A DNA stretch of 20,451 nt from Abditibacteriaceae bacterium (GTDB taxonomy: Bacteria > Armatimonadota > Abditibacteriia > Abditibacteriales > Abditibacteriaceae): assembly GCA_031372065.1 (NCBI GenBank), contig JANMKN010000363.1:1-20451 (forward strand). The letters are read 5' to 3'. Below are positions 9,381 to 17,793 of this stretch, in pieces. Numbering within the stretch: the stretch's first letter is position 1; every line of letters begins with the position of its first letter. A program made the position numbers and the translations under genes. The notes beneath the pieces are model-generated. The model ran no database searches. It saw only the letters and a list, made by a program, of their open reading frames with translations, and was not told the origin of the DNA.

Positions 9381-10052
9381 ATGAGCGAAACCAAGCTGTC
9401 TGAAATCACCGTGCTGCTGGTTGACGATCACGCCATCTGGCGCGGCGGCGTGAAAAGTATGTTAGACGACACCGAGTTCCGCGTCGTCGGCGAAGCCTCG
9501 TCCGGGCCGGAAGGTGTCGAAAAAGTGCGCGAATTGCAGCCGCGTCTGGTGTTATTGGACATCCGCATGGCCGGCGGCGATGGCTTGGATGCTTTGGGTG
9601 CCATTCGCGCCGAAAATGCCGCGACTTCAGTCGTCATGCTGACAACTTACGACAACCCAACTTATATGGCTCGCGCGGTTGCAGGCGGCGCGTCGGGTTA
9701 CGTTCTCAAAGGTGTCGGGCGCGACGAATTGTTAGACGCGCTCCGCAAAGTTGCGGGTGGCGAAATGCTGCTCGCAGCCAAAGATTTAACGCGCATTTTG
9801 CGCGGCGTCAGCGAAAGCGCGGCGCTCGCCAAAGATTTGATTCAGCCTTTGTCCGAGCGCGAAATCGAAGTGTTACGTCTTCTTTCAACCGGTCTGTCGA
9901 ATAAGGAGATCGCGCCCTTGCTTTTCATTTCGGAAAGCACCATCAAAACCCATGTCGAGCACATCATTCGCAAACTCGGTGTCGCCGACCGCGTGCAGGC
10001 GGCCGTTTGGGCCGCGCGGCATGGGCTGATAGCCACAGAATCCGCCATTTAG
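9381..10052 (+). CDS. NarL/DosR-family response regulator (REC + LuxR-type HTH)
   Basis: Receiver motifs VLLVDDH, LLDIRM, VMLTTY, GYVLK. HTH LSEREIEVLRLLSTGLSNKEIAPLLFISESTIKTHVEHIIRKLG. Starts 2 nt after the kinase stop. Confidence 0.95.
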   Translation: MSETKLSEITVLLVDDHAIWRGGVKSMLDDTEFRVVGEASSGPEGVEKVRELQPRLVLLDIRMAGGDGLDALGAIRAENAATSVVMLTTYDNPTYMARAVAGGASGYVLKGVGRDELLDALRKVAGGEMLLAAKDLTRILRGVSESAALAKDLIQPLSEREIEVLRLLSTGLSNKEIAPLLFISESTIKTHVEHIIRKLGVADRVQAAVWAARHGLIATESAI

Positions 10053-10084
10053 CGGATGCTCCCGGCCTCGCGCTTATTCATACT
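10039..10084 (+). promoter_or_regulatory. Palindromic box 2 plus -10-like hexamer, upstream of the cupin-cupin-4Fe4S-Rieske unit
   Basis: AATCCGCCATTTAGCGGATG (10039-10058), 20-nt gap, CATACT (10079-10084). Confidence 0.8.
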
Positions 10085-10115
10085 TTTCCGAAGATGCCGG
10101 AAATTCGGAGGAGCC

Positions 10116-10517
10116 ATGAATTCAAACCCAACACGTCTGCGCGAACATCCTAACGCCCGCTTCGCTGCGGCAGAACACGTTCTTAACCTTGCAGAAAGTG
10201 TCGCGCAGTTACGCGCGGAAGAACATTCCGCACAGTGCGGCCATCGGCAAATTACGCTTTACCACCACGCGCCGCTCACGATGGTTTTGTTTGCCTTCGA
10301 GCCTGAGGGCGAACTGCGCGATCACGCCACAGCCGGTCTTGTGACGATTCAGGCGCTCGACGGCGCCCTGACGGTGCAAACCCCCGAACAAACCTACCAA
10401 CTCACGGCGGGCATGATTGTCGTTCTCGCGCCTAAAGTGCGCCATAGCGTGCGTGCCGCGCAGGCGAGTTCGATGCTCTTGACGGTGCATCTTCAAGTGG
10501 AGTCGCCGGACAAATGA
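10116..10517 (+). CDS. Cupin-domain protein
   Basis: GGAGGAG RBS before ATG 10116. Cupin motifs VLFAFEPEGELRDHATAGLVTIQALDG and LTAGMIVVLAPKVRHSVRA. Confidence 0.85.
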   Translation: MNSNPTRLREHPNARFAAAEHVLNLAESVAQLRAEEHSAQCGHRQITLYHHAPLTMVLFAFEPEGELRDHATAGLVTIQALDGALTVQTPEQTYQLTAGMIVVLAPKVRHSVRAAQASSMLLTVHLQVESPDK

Positions 10518-10876
10518 GTAGCGCAGCGGATATTCTCATTGACCTGCCGGCCTTAAGCGACGCGGCAGCGGGTAACGGGCCTGTGTGGGGCTGCGCGCTG
10601 GATGACCTCAATCTCACGCTGCTGGCGTGGGAATCAGGCGGACAGGTGGCGCCGCACGTTAACAGCGAGTTGGATGTGGTTTTCTTTGGCGTCACGGGCG
10701 AAGGCGAAGTGACTATCAACGACCAAATTTTCACACTTTCTCCCGGAAAACTGCTGCTTATCGCCAAAGGCAGCGAACGCGCTGTTCGCGGCTTGAGCGA
10801 CAAATTTTCTTATCTCAGCGTGCATCGCCGCCGCGCCGGCTTGATGCCGACGTCGGTCAAACGTGCGGCCCGGTAA
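10514..10876 (+). CDS. Cupin-domain protein
   Basis: ATGA overlap with the previous gene. VAPHVNSELDVVFFGVTGEGEVTI...LSPGKLLLIAKGSERAV. Confidence 0.82.
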   Translation: MSSAADILIDLPALSDAAAGNGPVWGCALDDLNLTLLAWESGGQVAPHVNSELDVVFFGVTGEGEVTINDQIFTLSPGKLLLIAKGSERAVRGLSDKFSYLSVHRRRAGLMPTSVKRAAR

Positions 10877-10885
10877 AGGTGGCTT

Positions 10886-11482
10886 ATGCCTGAAAACGTC
10901 TTCATCATTGACCCATCGCGCTGCATTGGCTGTCAGGCGTGCGTGCAAGGCTGCGCCGAATGCGACACCCATCGCGGCACTTCGATGATTCATCTGGAGT
11001 TCGTGGATCGCGCACAATCGGTGCAGACCACGCCGCAGGTTTGTATGCACTGCGAGAACCCGACTTGCGCGCAGGTTTGCCCCGCCGATGCCATTAAGCA
11101 AACGCCGGATGGCGTGGTGCAAAGCTCGCTTAAACCGCGCTGTATCGGCTGCTCGAATTGCGTTTTAGCGTGTCCGTTCGGCGTGCCCAAATACTTCGTC
11201 GAAATTGACCAGATGCAAAAGTGCGATATGTGCTACGACCGCACCAGCGTCGGCAAGCGTCCGATGTGCGCGACGGTTTGCCCGTCCGAGGCGCTGTATT
11301 ACGGCCCGCGCGAGGAATGGGAAAAACGGCGGCGCGGCAAGCCGGTCAACGAATGGCGCTTTGGAAAACAGCTTGTCAAAACCGGCGTTTATATGGTCAT
11401 GCCGGACGATACCGAACGCTTCGAGCAACGCGTGGACGTGCTTCTTTCGAGCATTAAACCCGCGCAAAAGGAGAAGCCATGA
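10886..11482 (+). CDS. Four-cluster [4Fe-4S] electron-transfer subunit (DmsB/FdnH/NrfC-like)
   Basis: Four Cys groups: [44 protein letters not shown]...PMCATVCP. Confidence 0.95.
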   Translation: MPENVFIIDPSRCIGCQACVQGCAECDTHRGTSMIHLEFVDRAQSVQTTPQVCMHCENPTCAQVCPADAIKQTPDGVVQSSLKPRCIGCSNCVLACPFGVPKYFVEIDQMQKCDMCYDRTSVGKRPMCATVCPSEALYYGPREEWEKRRRGKPVNEWRFGKQLVKTGVYMVMPDDTERFEQRVDVLLSSIKPAQKEKP

Positions 11483-11997
11483 ACGATGCCGATGCTCCCA
11501 AATGGCGCAAAGATTTCCCTATTGAGCGCAGCGTGGACGATTATGTCACGCGCCGTGAGTTCACCAAGTTCCTGATCATGATTTCCGGCGCGACGGCGCT
11601 CGGTAACGGCTATTTTGCTTTGGCGAAGCTGCAAAGCGAGCGCGTCGCCCTGCACCCGCCGCAGGCCATCGCAGGCGCTGATGAATTGCAACATGACGCC
11701 GTAAAATTGTTTCGCTATCCGACGGAAAACGACCCGGCGCTGCTCATTCGATTGCCCAACGGCGAACACGTCGCTTATCTGCAACGCTGCACGCATCTGA
11801 CGTGCCCGGTGATGTATTCGCAAGCGCGCGGACGCATCGAATGTCCGTGTCACAACGGCGCCTTCGACGCCGCAACGGGCAGTGTTCTCGAAGGCCCGCC
11901 GCCGCGCCCTTTGCCGCGCATCGCTTTGCGCGTCGAGAACGGGCAAGTCTTCGCCATCGGAGTGGAAAACGGTGAAGAACCACACGCCCAATCATAA
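11479..11997 (+). CDS. Rieske [2Fe-2S] protein with twin-arginine-like motif and N-terminal hydrophobic helix
   Basis: CTHLTC and CPCHNGAFD boxes, GPPPRPL. N-terminal VTRREF followed by a hydrophobic stretch. ATGA overlap with the 4Fe-4S gene. Confidence 0.93.
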   Translation: MNDADAPKWRKDFPIERSVDDYVTRREFTKFLIMISGATALGNGYFALAKLQSERVALHPPQAIAGADELQHDAVKLFRYPTENDPALLIRLPNGEHVAYLQRCTHLTCPVMYSQARGRIECPCHNGAFDAATGSVLEGPPPRPLPRIALRVENGQVFAIGVENGEEPHAQS

Positions 11998-12041
11998 TCC
12001 GCCGTTTAGCGGATGCCCGGCGCGCACGAATTTTCCAAAAT
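11996..12041 (+). promoter_or_regulatory. Palindromic box 3 plus -10-like hexamer, upstream of the small membrane protein-narK-narI-like-Mo enzyme unit
   Basis: AATCCGCCGTTTAGCGGATG (11996-12015), 20-nt gap, CAAAAT (12036-12041). Confidence 0.8.
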
Positions 12042-12070
12042 GCTTCTCGTTAATCCATAAGTTGAACGCT

Positions 12071-12328
12071 ATGAAAGACCAGAATCCGCGACTTGCTCGT
12101 TTAGAGCAAAAACTTCAGGGCGTGCAAGCCTTACTCATCGTGGTGCTGCTGGTGCTGCTCATCCAGTTGTGGCTCATCACCATCGCGCTCGAAGAGTATT
12201 TGGCGGCGCGCCATCAACTGGCGGTGCCGACGTTTCTCGCGTCGCTGGCGTGCTTTGGCTTCAACCTGTGGCTACTCAAGTATTTGCGCGATTTGGATCG
12301 CGCCGGAAAGGATCGTGATGCCTCGTGA
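12071..12328 (+). CDS. Small two-helix membrane protein (resembles DUF6755 family)
   Basis: ATG 12071, 85 aa, two hydrophobic helices (LLIVVLLVLLIQLWLITIALEEYL; AVPTFLASLACFGFNLWLL). GTGA overlap with narK. The family name is from recollection only. Confidence 0.75.
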   Translation: MKDQNPRLARLEQKLQGVQALLIVVLLVLLIQLWLITIALEEYLAARHQLAVPTFLASLACFGFNLWLLKYLRDLDRAGKDRDAS

Positions 12329-13521
12329 CTGACATTTCTGCAAAATCTGGTTCAAGCAAAGCACTGGCGCTTTCGACGATTTCGTTTGCCGTCGCGTTTG
12401 CCGTTTGGGGCATGATTTCGCCGCTCGCCAAAACGTTTCAAACCACGTTTCATCTGAGCGAGCAGCAAGCGTGGCTTTTAATCGCCGTGCCGGTTTTGCT
12501 CGGCTCGATCATGCGCCTGCCGATGGGAATGTTGGCGGATCGCTTCGGAGGACGCATCGTTTTCGGTGCGCTGCTGATTTTTATCGCGCTGCCGGCCTTC
12601 ATGCTCAGTGTTTCTCACTCGTTTGAAGCGTTCTTGTTTTGGGGCTTGTTACTGGGCATGGCGGGCAGTTCGTTCGCCGTCGGCGTGACGTTTACCTCGA
12701 AGTGGTTTTCGCCCGAAAAGCAAGGTATGGCGCTCGGCGTTTTCGGCGCCGGCAACATCGGGCAAAGTTTGGCGCTGTTTTTCGTGCCGGTTTTATCGGG
12801 ACGATTCGGCTGGCAAATCACTTATCAAATCTTCGCCGCCGTCGCGTTGCTCTGGGGCATCGTTTTCCTGATGTTCGCCCGCAACGCGCCGGTTGTTACG
12901 CAGCCGCGCAGTTTCAGTGCGATGCTCAAAGTGCTGTGGGAAAAGCCGCTTTCGTGGCTGCTGGCGCTGTTTTACTTCGTGACCTTCGGCGGTTTCGTGG
13001 CGCTGAGCATTGGCCTGCCGAAACTGCTGCAAGAAATATTCGGCCTCACCAAAGAAGACGCCGGATTGCGCGTGGCGGGCTTTGTGTTGCTGGCAACGAT
13101 CATGCGACCTTTAGGCGGCGCTCTCAGCGATAAAATCGGCGGCGCGCGTTTGCTCATGGGCGTGTTCGCGGGCGCCGGAATTTTAGCGCTTGGCATGACT
13201 TTCGACCAAATGCTGCCTTTCACGCTGGGCGCGCTTGGCGTGGCGTCGTGTATCGGTTTGGGTAATGGCGCGGTGTTTAAACTGGTGCCGCAATTCTTTC
13301 CGCAAGACACCGGCACCGTGACGGGATTAGTCGGCGCGATGGGCGGGTTGGGCGGCTTTTTCCCGCCGCTGATTTTAGGCATCATCAAAACGCGCACCGG
13401 CGCTTACGATTTAGGTTTTGTTCTGCTCGCCGGCTTCTGTTTTGTGTGCCTGATTTTGAATTACGTCGTGTTCCTGAAGCGTCCCAGCGGTAAATCAAGC
13501 GTCGCAGCGGCGACTTCTTAA
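12325..13521 (+). CDS. narK: MFS nitrate/nitrite porter (NarK/NasA family)
   Basis: About 12 hydrophobic segments. Two intramembrane Arg (IMRLPMG, IMRPLGG). Nitrate-signature regions WFSPEKQGMALGVFGAGNIG and GTVTGLVGAMGGLGGFF. GNGAVFKLVP. Confidence 0.93.
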   Translation: MTDISAKSGSSKALALSTISFAVAFAVWGMISPLAKTFQTTFHLSEQQAWLLIAVPVLLGSIMRLPMGMLADRFGGRIVFGALLIFIALPAFMLSVSHSFEAFLFWGLLLGMAGSSFAVGVTFTSKWFSPEKQGMALGVFGAGNIGQSLALFFVPVLSGRFGWQITYQIFAAVALLWGIVFLMFARNAPVVTQPRSFSAMLKVLWEKPLSWLLALFYFVTFGGFVALSIGLPKLLQEIFGLTKEDAGLRVAGFVLLATIMRPLGGALSDKIGGARLLMGVFAGAGILALGMTFDQMLPFTLGALGVASCIGLGNGAVFKLVPQFFPQDTGTVTGLVGAMGGLGGFFPPLILGIIKTRTGAYDLGFVLLAGFCFVCLILNYVVFLKRPSGKSSVAAATS

Positions 13522-13527
13522 ACGACC

Positions 13528-14571
13528 ATGAGCCATCAACTCGACCGTAAAGCGGCGCTGACGGGAATTGCCGCCGCATTGCTGCTTATCGCGGCGATTT
13601 ATGTCGGCTCGCGCGGTTTTGCACACATTGACCCGGCGCTGATTGCTTACACCAGCGCCAGTGTTTTTGCGGCGTTCGGCATTGTTTATCGTTATGCGAT
13701 TTGGCTGCAAAAGCCGCCGACCAATATGTATTGGCATCGTGGCTGGCAATTGTTTTTTCGGCCCAAAGATTTGCCGAAAAACGTGCTGTGGCTCCTTCGC
13801 TTGTTCCTTAACACCTTCGTTTTTCAAACTTTCATCGAAAAACGCAGCCACGTCCGCTGGATGGCCCATTTTCTGATTTCATGGGGCTGCATCGTGGCGT
13901 GTCTGGTGACGTTTCCTCTGGTGTGGGGCTGGGTTCATTTCGACGCCGATCCCACAAATCCCATTGCTTATCAGGCGCACGTTTTCGGCTTTCACGCCGG
14001 AACGTTTCCCGCCGCCTCGCTGGTCGGGTGGATCACGTTTCACATTCTCGATTTTTGCGCCGTCGCGATTATTCTCGGTATTGCCTTCGCCTTCAAGCGC
14101 CGTATGTATGAGCCGGGCGCCCTGACCGTGCAAACCTTCGCGATGGACTTTTTGCCGCTGATTCTGCTGATTTCGGTTTGCATCACCGGCCTGATGCTAA
14201 CCATCAGCGCGATTTGGATGCACGGCCATTCATACAGCTTTTTAGCGATTTTGCACGCTTTTAGCGTCATCGTGACGATGCTTTATATTCCGTTCGGCAA
14301 GTTTTTTCATATCTTTCAGCGCCCGGCGAATTTAGGTGTGGCGTTTTATAAACGCGAAGGCGCAGAAGGCGAGCGCGCTTTGTGCAAACGCTGCGGAAGC
14401 GACTTCGCCTCGCAAATGCACATTGACGATTTGAAAACCGTGCTTGACCAGTTGGGCCTCGATCAACACCTCGAAGACGGAGCGCATTATCAGGAAATCT
14501 GCCCGCAGTGCCGTCGCCGCCTGCTGGCCTTGAACCAACTCGAAGCCATCGGCGGGCCGGGGTTTTTGTGA
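13528..14571 (+). CDS. NarI-like polytopic membrane protein (putative cytochrome b anchor) with C-terminal CxxC...CxxC domain
   Basis: Multiple TM segments with His in RWMAHFL, ILHAF and YIPFGKFFHIFQRP (NarI-like PFxKxxH). DFLPLILL...TGL segment. C-terminal CKRC and CPQC. Confidence 0.75.
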   Translation: MSHQLDRKAALTGIAAALLLIAAIYVGSRGFAHIDPALIAYTSASVFAAFGIVYRYAIWLQKPPTNMYWHRGWQLFFRPKDLPKNVLWLLRLFLNTFVFQTFIEKRSHVRWMAHFLISWGCIVACLVTFPLVWGWVHFDADPTNPIAYQAHVFGFHAGTFPAASLVGWITFHILDFCAVAIILGIAFAFKRRMYEPGALTVQTFAMDFLPLILLISVCITGLMLTISAIWMHGHSYSFLAILHAFSVIVTMLYIPFGKFFHIFQRPANLGVAFYKREGAEGERALCKRCGSDFASQMHIDDLKTVLDQLGLDQHLEDGAHYQEICPQCRRRLLALNQLEAIGGPGFL

Positions 14572-14597
14572 GAGATTTGAGAGATTGAGGATTATCC

Positions 14598-16832
14598 ATG
14601 TCGAATCCACCGCTGCCAATTGAGCAGCTTATCGAAGAGTTTGGGCCGCACCCGCAATACACGCCGCCGGGCGGCTGGAAGGGCGATAATCGGCCCGATA
14701 AAATCGTCGCCACGCATTGCTGCTTTTGCGGACAGCAGTGCGGCATCAATTTGAAAGTCAAGGACAACAAAGTCATCGGCTTCGAGCCGCGCGAAGAGTT
14801 TCCCTTCAATAAGGGCAAGCTGTGTCCGAAGGGCATCAAGCGTTATATGCAGAACGAGCATCCCGACCGGCTGCTGCATCCGCTCAAACGCACCGACAAT
14901 GGCTTTGCGCGCATCAGTTGGGAAGAAGCCCTCGATGCCACCGTTAAAGGCATTCGCTCGGTGCAGCAGAAATACGGCAAGGATTCGTTTGCGGTTTTGT
15001 CCGGCTCGTCGCTGACCAACGAAAAGTGCTATCTGATGGGCAAGTTTGCGCGCGTGGGCATCGGCACAGCGAACATTGATTACAACGGTCGTTTGTGCAT
15101 GGCCAGCGCGGCGGGAGCCAATAAAAAATGCTTCGGCATTGACCGCGCGGCCAACTCGTGGGAGGACATTCCGCTCGCCGACGTGATTCTCGTCACCGGC
15201 TCGAATGTCGCCGAATGCGCGCCGATTACAACGGATTATATCTGGCGGGCGCGCGACCGGGGCGCGAAATTGATCATGATTGACCCGCGCGTTACGCCGC
15301 TTGCGCGCACCGCCGATTTGCATATTCCGGTGCGTCCGGGCGGCGATTCGGCCTTGATGAACGGCATTTTGCACGTCGTCATCGAGCGCGGCTGGATTGA
15401 TCGTGATTTCATCGCGCAGCACACAGCCAATTGGGACGACGTGGCCGCGATGGTCAAGAAATACACGCCCGAAGTGGCTGGTGAACTGAGCGGCGTTGAC
15501 CCGCAACTCATCATCAAAGCCGCCGAAATGTGGGGGCCGGCCAAAACGAGCTTTCTTTTACACGCGCGCGGCATTGAGCATCACACCAAAGGCGTCGAAA
15601 ACGTGATGACGTGCATCAATTTGGTTTTAGCGACGGGCCGCATCGGGCGCCCCGGCTGCGGCTACGCGACGATTACCGGGCAGGGCAACGGGCAGGGCGG
15701 GCGCGAACACGGCCAGAAATGCGACCAACTGCCCGGCTTCCGCGACATCGAAGACCCCAAAGCGCGTGAGCATATTTGCAAAATCTGGGAGATTGTTGAT
15801 GCTGAGCTGCCGCACAAAGGCCAGAGCGCCGAAGACCTCGTGCAAATGATGCACGCCGGAGAAATCAAAGGCTTGTTTTCGATTTGCTTTAATCCCGTCG
15901 TCTCGCTGCCGGACGCCAATTTCACCAAAGCAGCGGTCGGAAAACTGGAAGATTATTCGATTATTGAATTTTTCATGAGCGAAACCGCGCAGCACGCCGA
16001 CATCATTGTGCCGGGCAGCCTGCACGAGGAAGACGAGGGCACTGTTACCAGCGCCGAAGGCCGCGTGATTAAAATTAATCGCGCCGTTGAGCCGCCCGGT
16101 GAAGCGCGCCGCGATTGGGAAATTATTTGCGATTTGGGCCGTCGTTTGGGCCGCGAAAAGCACTTCGCGTTCACCAAAGTCGAAGACATTTTTAATGAAT
16201 TGCGCGTTGCCAGCAAAGGCGGCACAGCGGATTACTTCGGCATCACTTACGAGAAAATTGACCGACAGCAAGGCGTTTTCTGGCCTTGTCCCGAACTCGA
16301 TCATCCCGGCACGCCGCGCTTGTTTGAAGACAATAAATTTTACACGCCCGACAAAAAGGCGCATTTTCAAGCCGTGGAATTTCGCCCGCCCGCCGAAGTG
16401 CCGGATGAGGAATATCCGGTTATTCTCACGACGGGGCGTGTCATTAGCCAATATCTGAGCGGCACGCAAACGCGGCGCATTGGCGGTTTGCTCGATCAAT
16501 ATCCTGAGCCTTTGTGCGAGATGCACCCGAAACTCGCGCAAAAACTCGGCGTGCAAAACGGCGAATTGGTGAAAGTCGAAAGCCGGCGCGGGCAAGTGAC
16601 GCTCAAAGCGCAAGTTGTGACTACGATTCGAGAAGACACGGTTTTCATTCCGTATCATTGGGCGAACGAACAGTCGGCCAACCTGCTGACGATTCGCGCG
16701 CTCGACCCGATGTCACGCATTCCCGAATATAAAGTCTGCGCGGTGCGCGTGAGCAAAGCGCAAGCGGGTGCGGCGCCAATGAAGCAATCGCTGGTGCCCG
16801 ATTCCTTGGAAGACGCACAACAAAAATCATGA
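14598..16832 (+). CDS. Mo-bisPGD oxidoreductase, Nas/Nap-type nitrate reductase catalytic subunit (no export signal)
   Basis: N-terminal [4Fe-4S] motif [10 protein letters not shown]...GKLCPKG. Active site NGRLCMASA (Cys167 followed by Met, as in NapA/NasA; FDH has His there). [12 protein letters not shown]-terminal LTTGR...[24 protein letters not shown]. Confidence 0.88.
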   Translation: MSNPPLPIEQLIEEFGPHPQYTPPGGWKGDNRPDKIVATHCCFCGQQCGINLKVKDNKVIGFEPREEFPFNKGKLCPKGIKRYMQNEHPDRLLHPLKRTDNGFARISWEEALDATVKGIRSVQQKYGKDSFAVLSGSSLTNEKCYLMGKFARVGIGTANIDYNGRLCMASAAGANKKCFGIDRAANSWEDIPLADVILVTGSNVAECAPITTDYIWRARDRGAKLIMIDPRVTPLARTADLHIPVRPGGDSALMNGILHVVIERGWIDRDFIAQHTANWDDVAAMVKKYTPEVAGELSGVDPQLIIKAAEMWGPAKTSFLLHARGIEHHTKGVENVMTCINLVLATGRIGRPGCGYATITGQGNGQGGREHGQKCDQLPGFRDIEDPKAREHICKIWEIVDAELPHKGQSAEDLVQMMHAGEIKGLFSICFNPVVSLPDANFTKAAVGKLEDYSIIEFFMSETAQHADIIVPGSLHEEDEGTVTSAEGRVIKINRAVEPPGEARRDWEIICDLGRRLGREKHFAFTKVEDIFNELRVASKGGTADYFGITYEKIDRQQGVFWPCPELDHPGTPRLFEDNKFYTPDKKAHFQAVEFRPPAEVPDEEYPVILTTGRVISQYLSGTQTRRIGGLLDQYPEPLCEMHPKLAQKLGVQNGELVKVESRRGQVTLKAQVVTTIREDTVFIPYHWANEQSANLLTIRALDPMSRIPEYKVCAVRVSKAQAGAAPMKQSLVPDSLEDAQQKS

Positions 16833-16837
16833 AGCAC

Positions 16838-16883
16838 AACCCGTCATTTGGCCGATGAGACAGGCGCAGCGTGGTGGCAGACT
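16838..16883 (+). promoter_or_regulatory. Degenerate palindromic box 4 plus extended -10-like element, upstream of ric
   Basis: AACCCGTCATTTGGCCGATG (16838-16857; 3 differences from consensus), 20-nt gap, TGG-CAGACT (hexamer 16878-16883). Confidence 0.68.
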
Positions 16884-16907
16884 GCATTTCAATTGAGGGG
16901 AAATCTG

Positions 16908-17714
16908 ATGAATATTTTTGCATTGAAAAAGAGTCATGCCGCCGGACAACTTATCGTGCTTGGCGGGCAGGGCACTATGAGTTGCGGCGAAACCGTCGCG
17001 CAGATGGTGGCCGAGCGTCCGGCGCGGGCGCGCGTTTTTGAAAAATGGGGCATTGCTTATTGCTGCGGCCAGCGCACGGTGGCGCAGGCGTGCCGCGAGC
17101 AGAATGTGGACACCGAAGCCGTTTTGTCGGATTTGCGCGTCTGCGATGAGAGGATGGGTAAGTTGTCGGGCGATAACGATATTGATTGGTCGCAGGCTTC
17201 GCTTTGCGAGCAGATTGAGGCCATGGTGCGCGGGCCTCATCAATACTTACGCGATGAACTGCCGCGTTTGTCTTATTTGGTTGAGCGCGTCGCTGACGAT
17301 CACGGCGCGGCGTTCTCCGAATTTTGGGAGATGCAGGGGCTTTTCGAAGATGTGAAACAAGAAATCGAGAGTCACATTTTGAGAGAAGAAACTGCCTTGT
17401 TTCCGCTTTTGAAATGGCTCGAAACCTCAGGCGCGGCGCCCGTAGAAACCGAAAATGACCGGAGTAATTCTATTAGCCTGATGCATTCGATTTATCATCA
17501 GCACTCGGAAAATACTATGCTGCGCGCCTCATTGAAAATACTGCGCGGTTGGATTAGCAATTTTCAGCCGCCGGTCGGCGTTTGCAACACCTATCGCGTG
17601 TTGGCGCATGATTTAGGCGAACTTGAAACCACCATCGCGCGCCATCTTAGCATTGAAGAAGACGTAATCTTTCCGCGTGCGCTGGCATTGGCTGCACCTG
17701 ACGAAACAGCGTAA
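16908..17714 (+). CDS. ric: RIC/YtfE/ScdA-like di-iron protein (ScdA_N + hemerythrin domain)
   Basis: GAGGGG RBS before ATG 16908. ARVFEKWGIAYCCGQRTV N-terminal domain. Ligand motifs HQYLRDELPRL, HILREETALFP, HQH, HLSIEEDVIFP. Confidence 0.85.
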   Translation: MNIFALKKSHAAGQLIVLGGQGTMSCGETVAQMVAERPARARVFEKWGIAYCCGQRTVAQACREQNVDTEAVLSDLRVCDERMGKLSGDNDIDWSQASLCEQIEAMVRGPHQYLRDELPRLSYLVERVADDHGAAFSEFWEMQGLFEDVKQEIESHILREETALFPLLKWLETSGAAPVETENDRSNSISLMHSIYHQHSENTMLRASLKILRGWISNFQPPVGVCNTYRVLAHDLGELETTIARHLSIEEDVIFPRALALAAPDETA

Positions 17715-17793
17715 TAAAGTTTTTTACGGCATTTTTCTGACAAATACCGTTTCCCATTGAATAACTGATTTCGGTTGTGCGTAGCTCCCGACG

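Noticed and set aside
14592..16658. Long minus-strand ORFs (304 aa, 343 aa) and similar ones such as 19657-20358
   Set aside because: They are antisense shadows of well-supported + strand genes in GC-rich sequence and show no recognisable motifs.
14598..16832. Formate dehydrogenase (FdhF-like) annotation
   Set aside because: The residue after the Mo-ligating Cys is Met (CMASA), not His. The FDH LRGQ-type Arg motif is replaced by ITGQGNGQG. NarK is adjacent.
17726..17750. ACGGCATTT/AAATACCGT hairpin as the ric terminator
   Set aside because: The stem is AT-rich with a mismatch and only a short T run follows, too weak to call.
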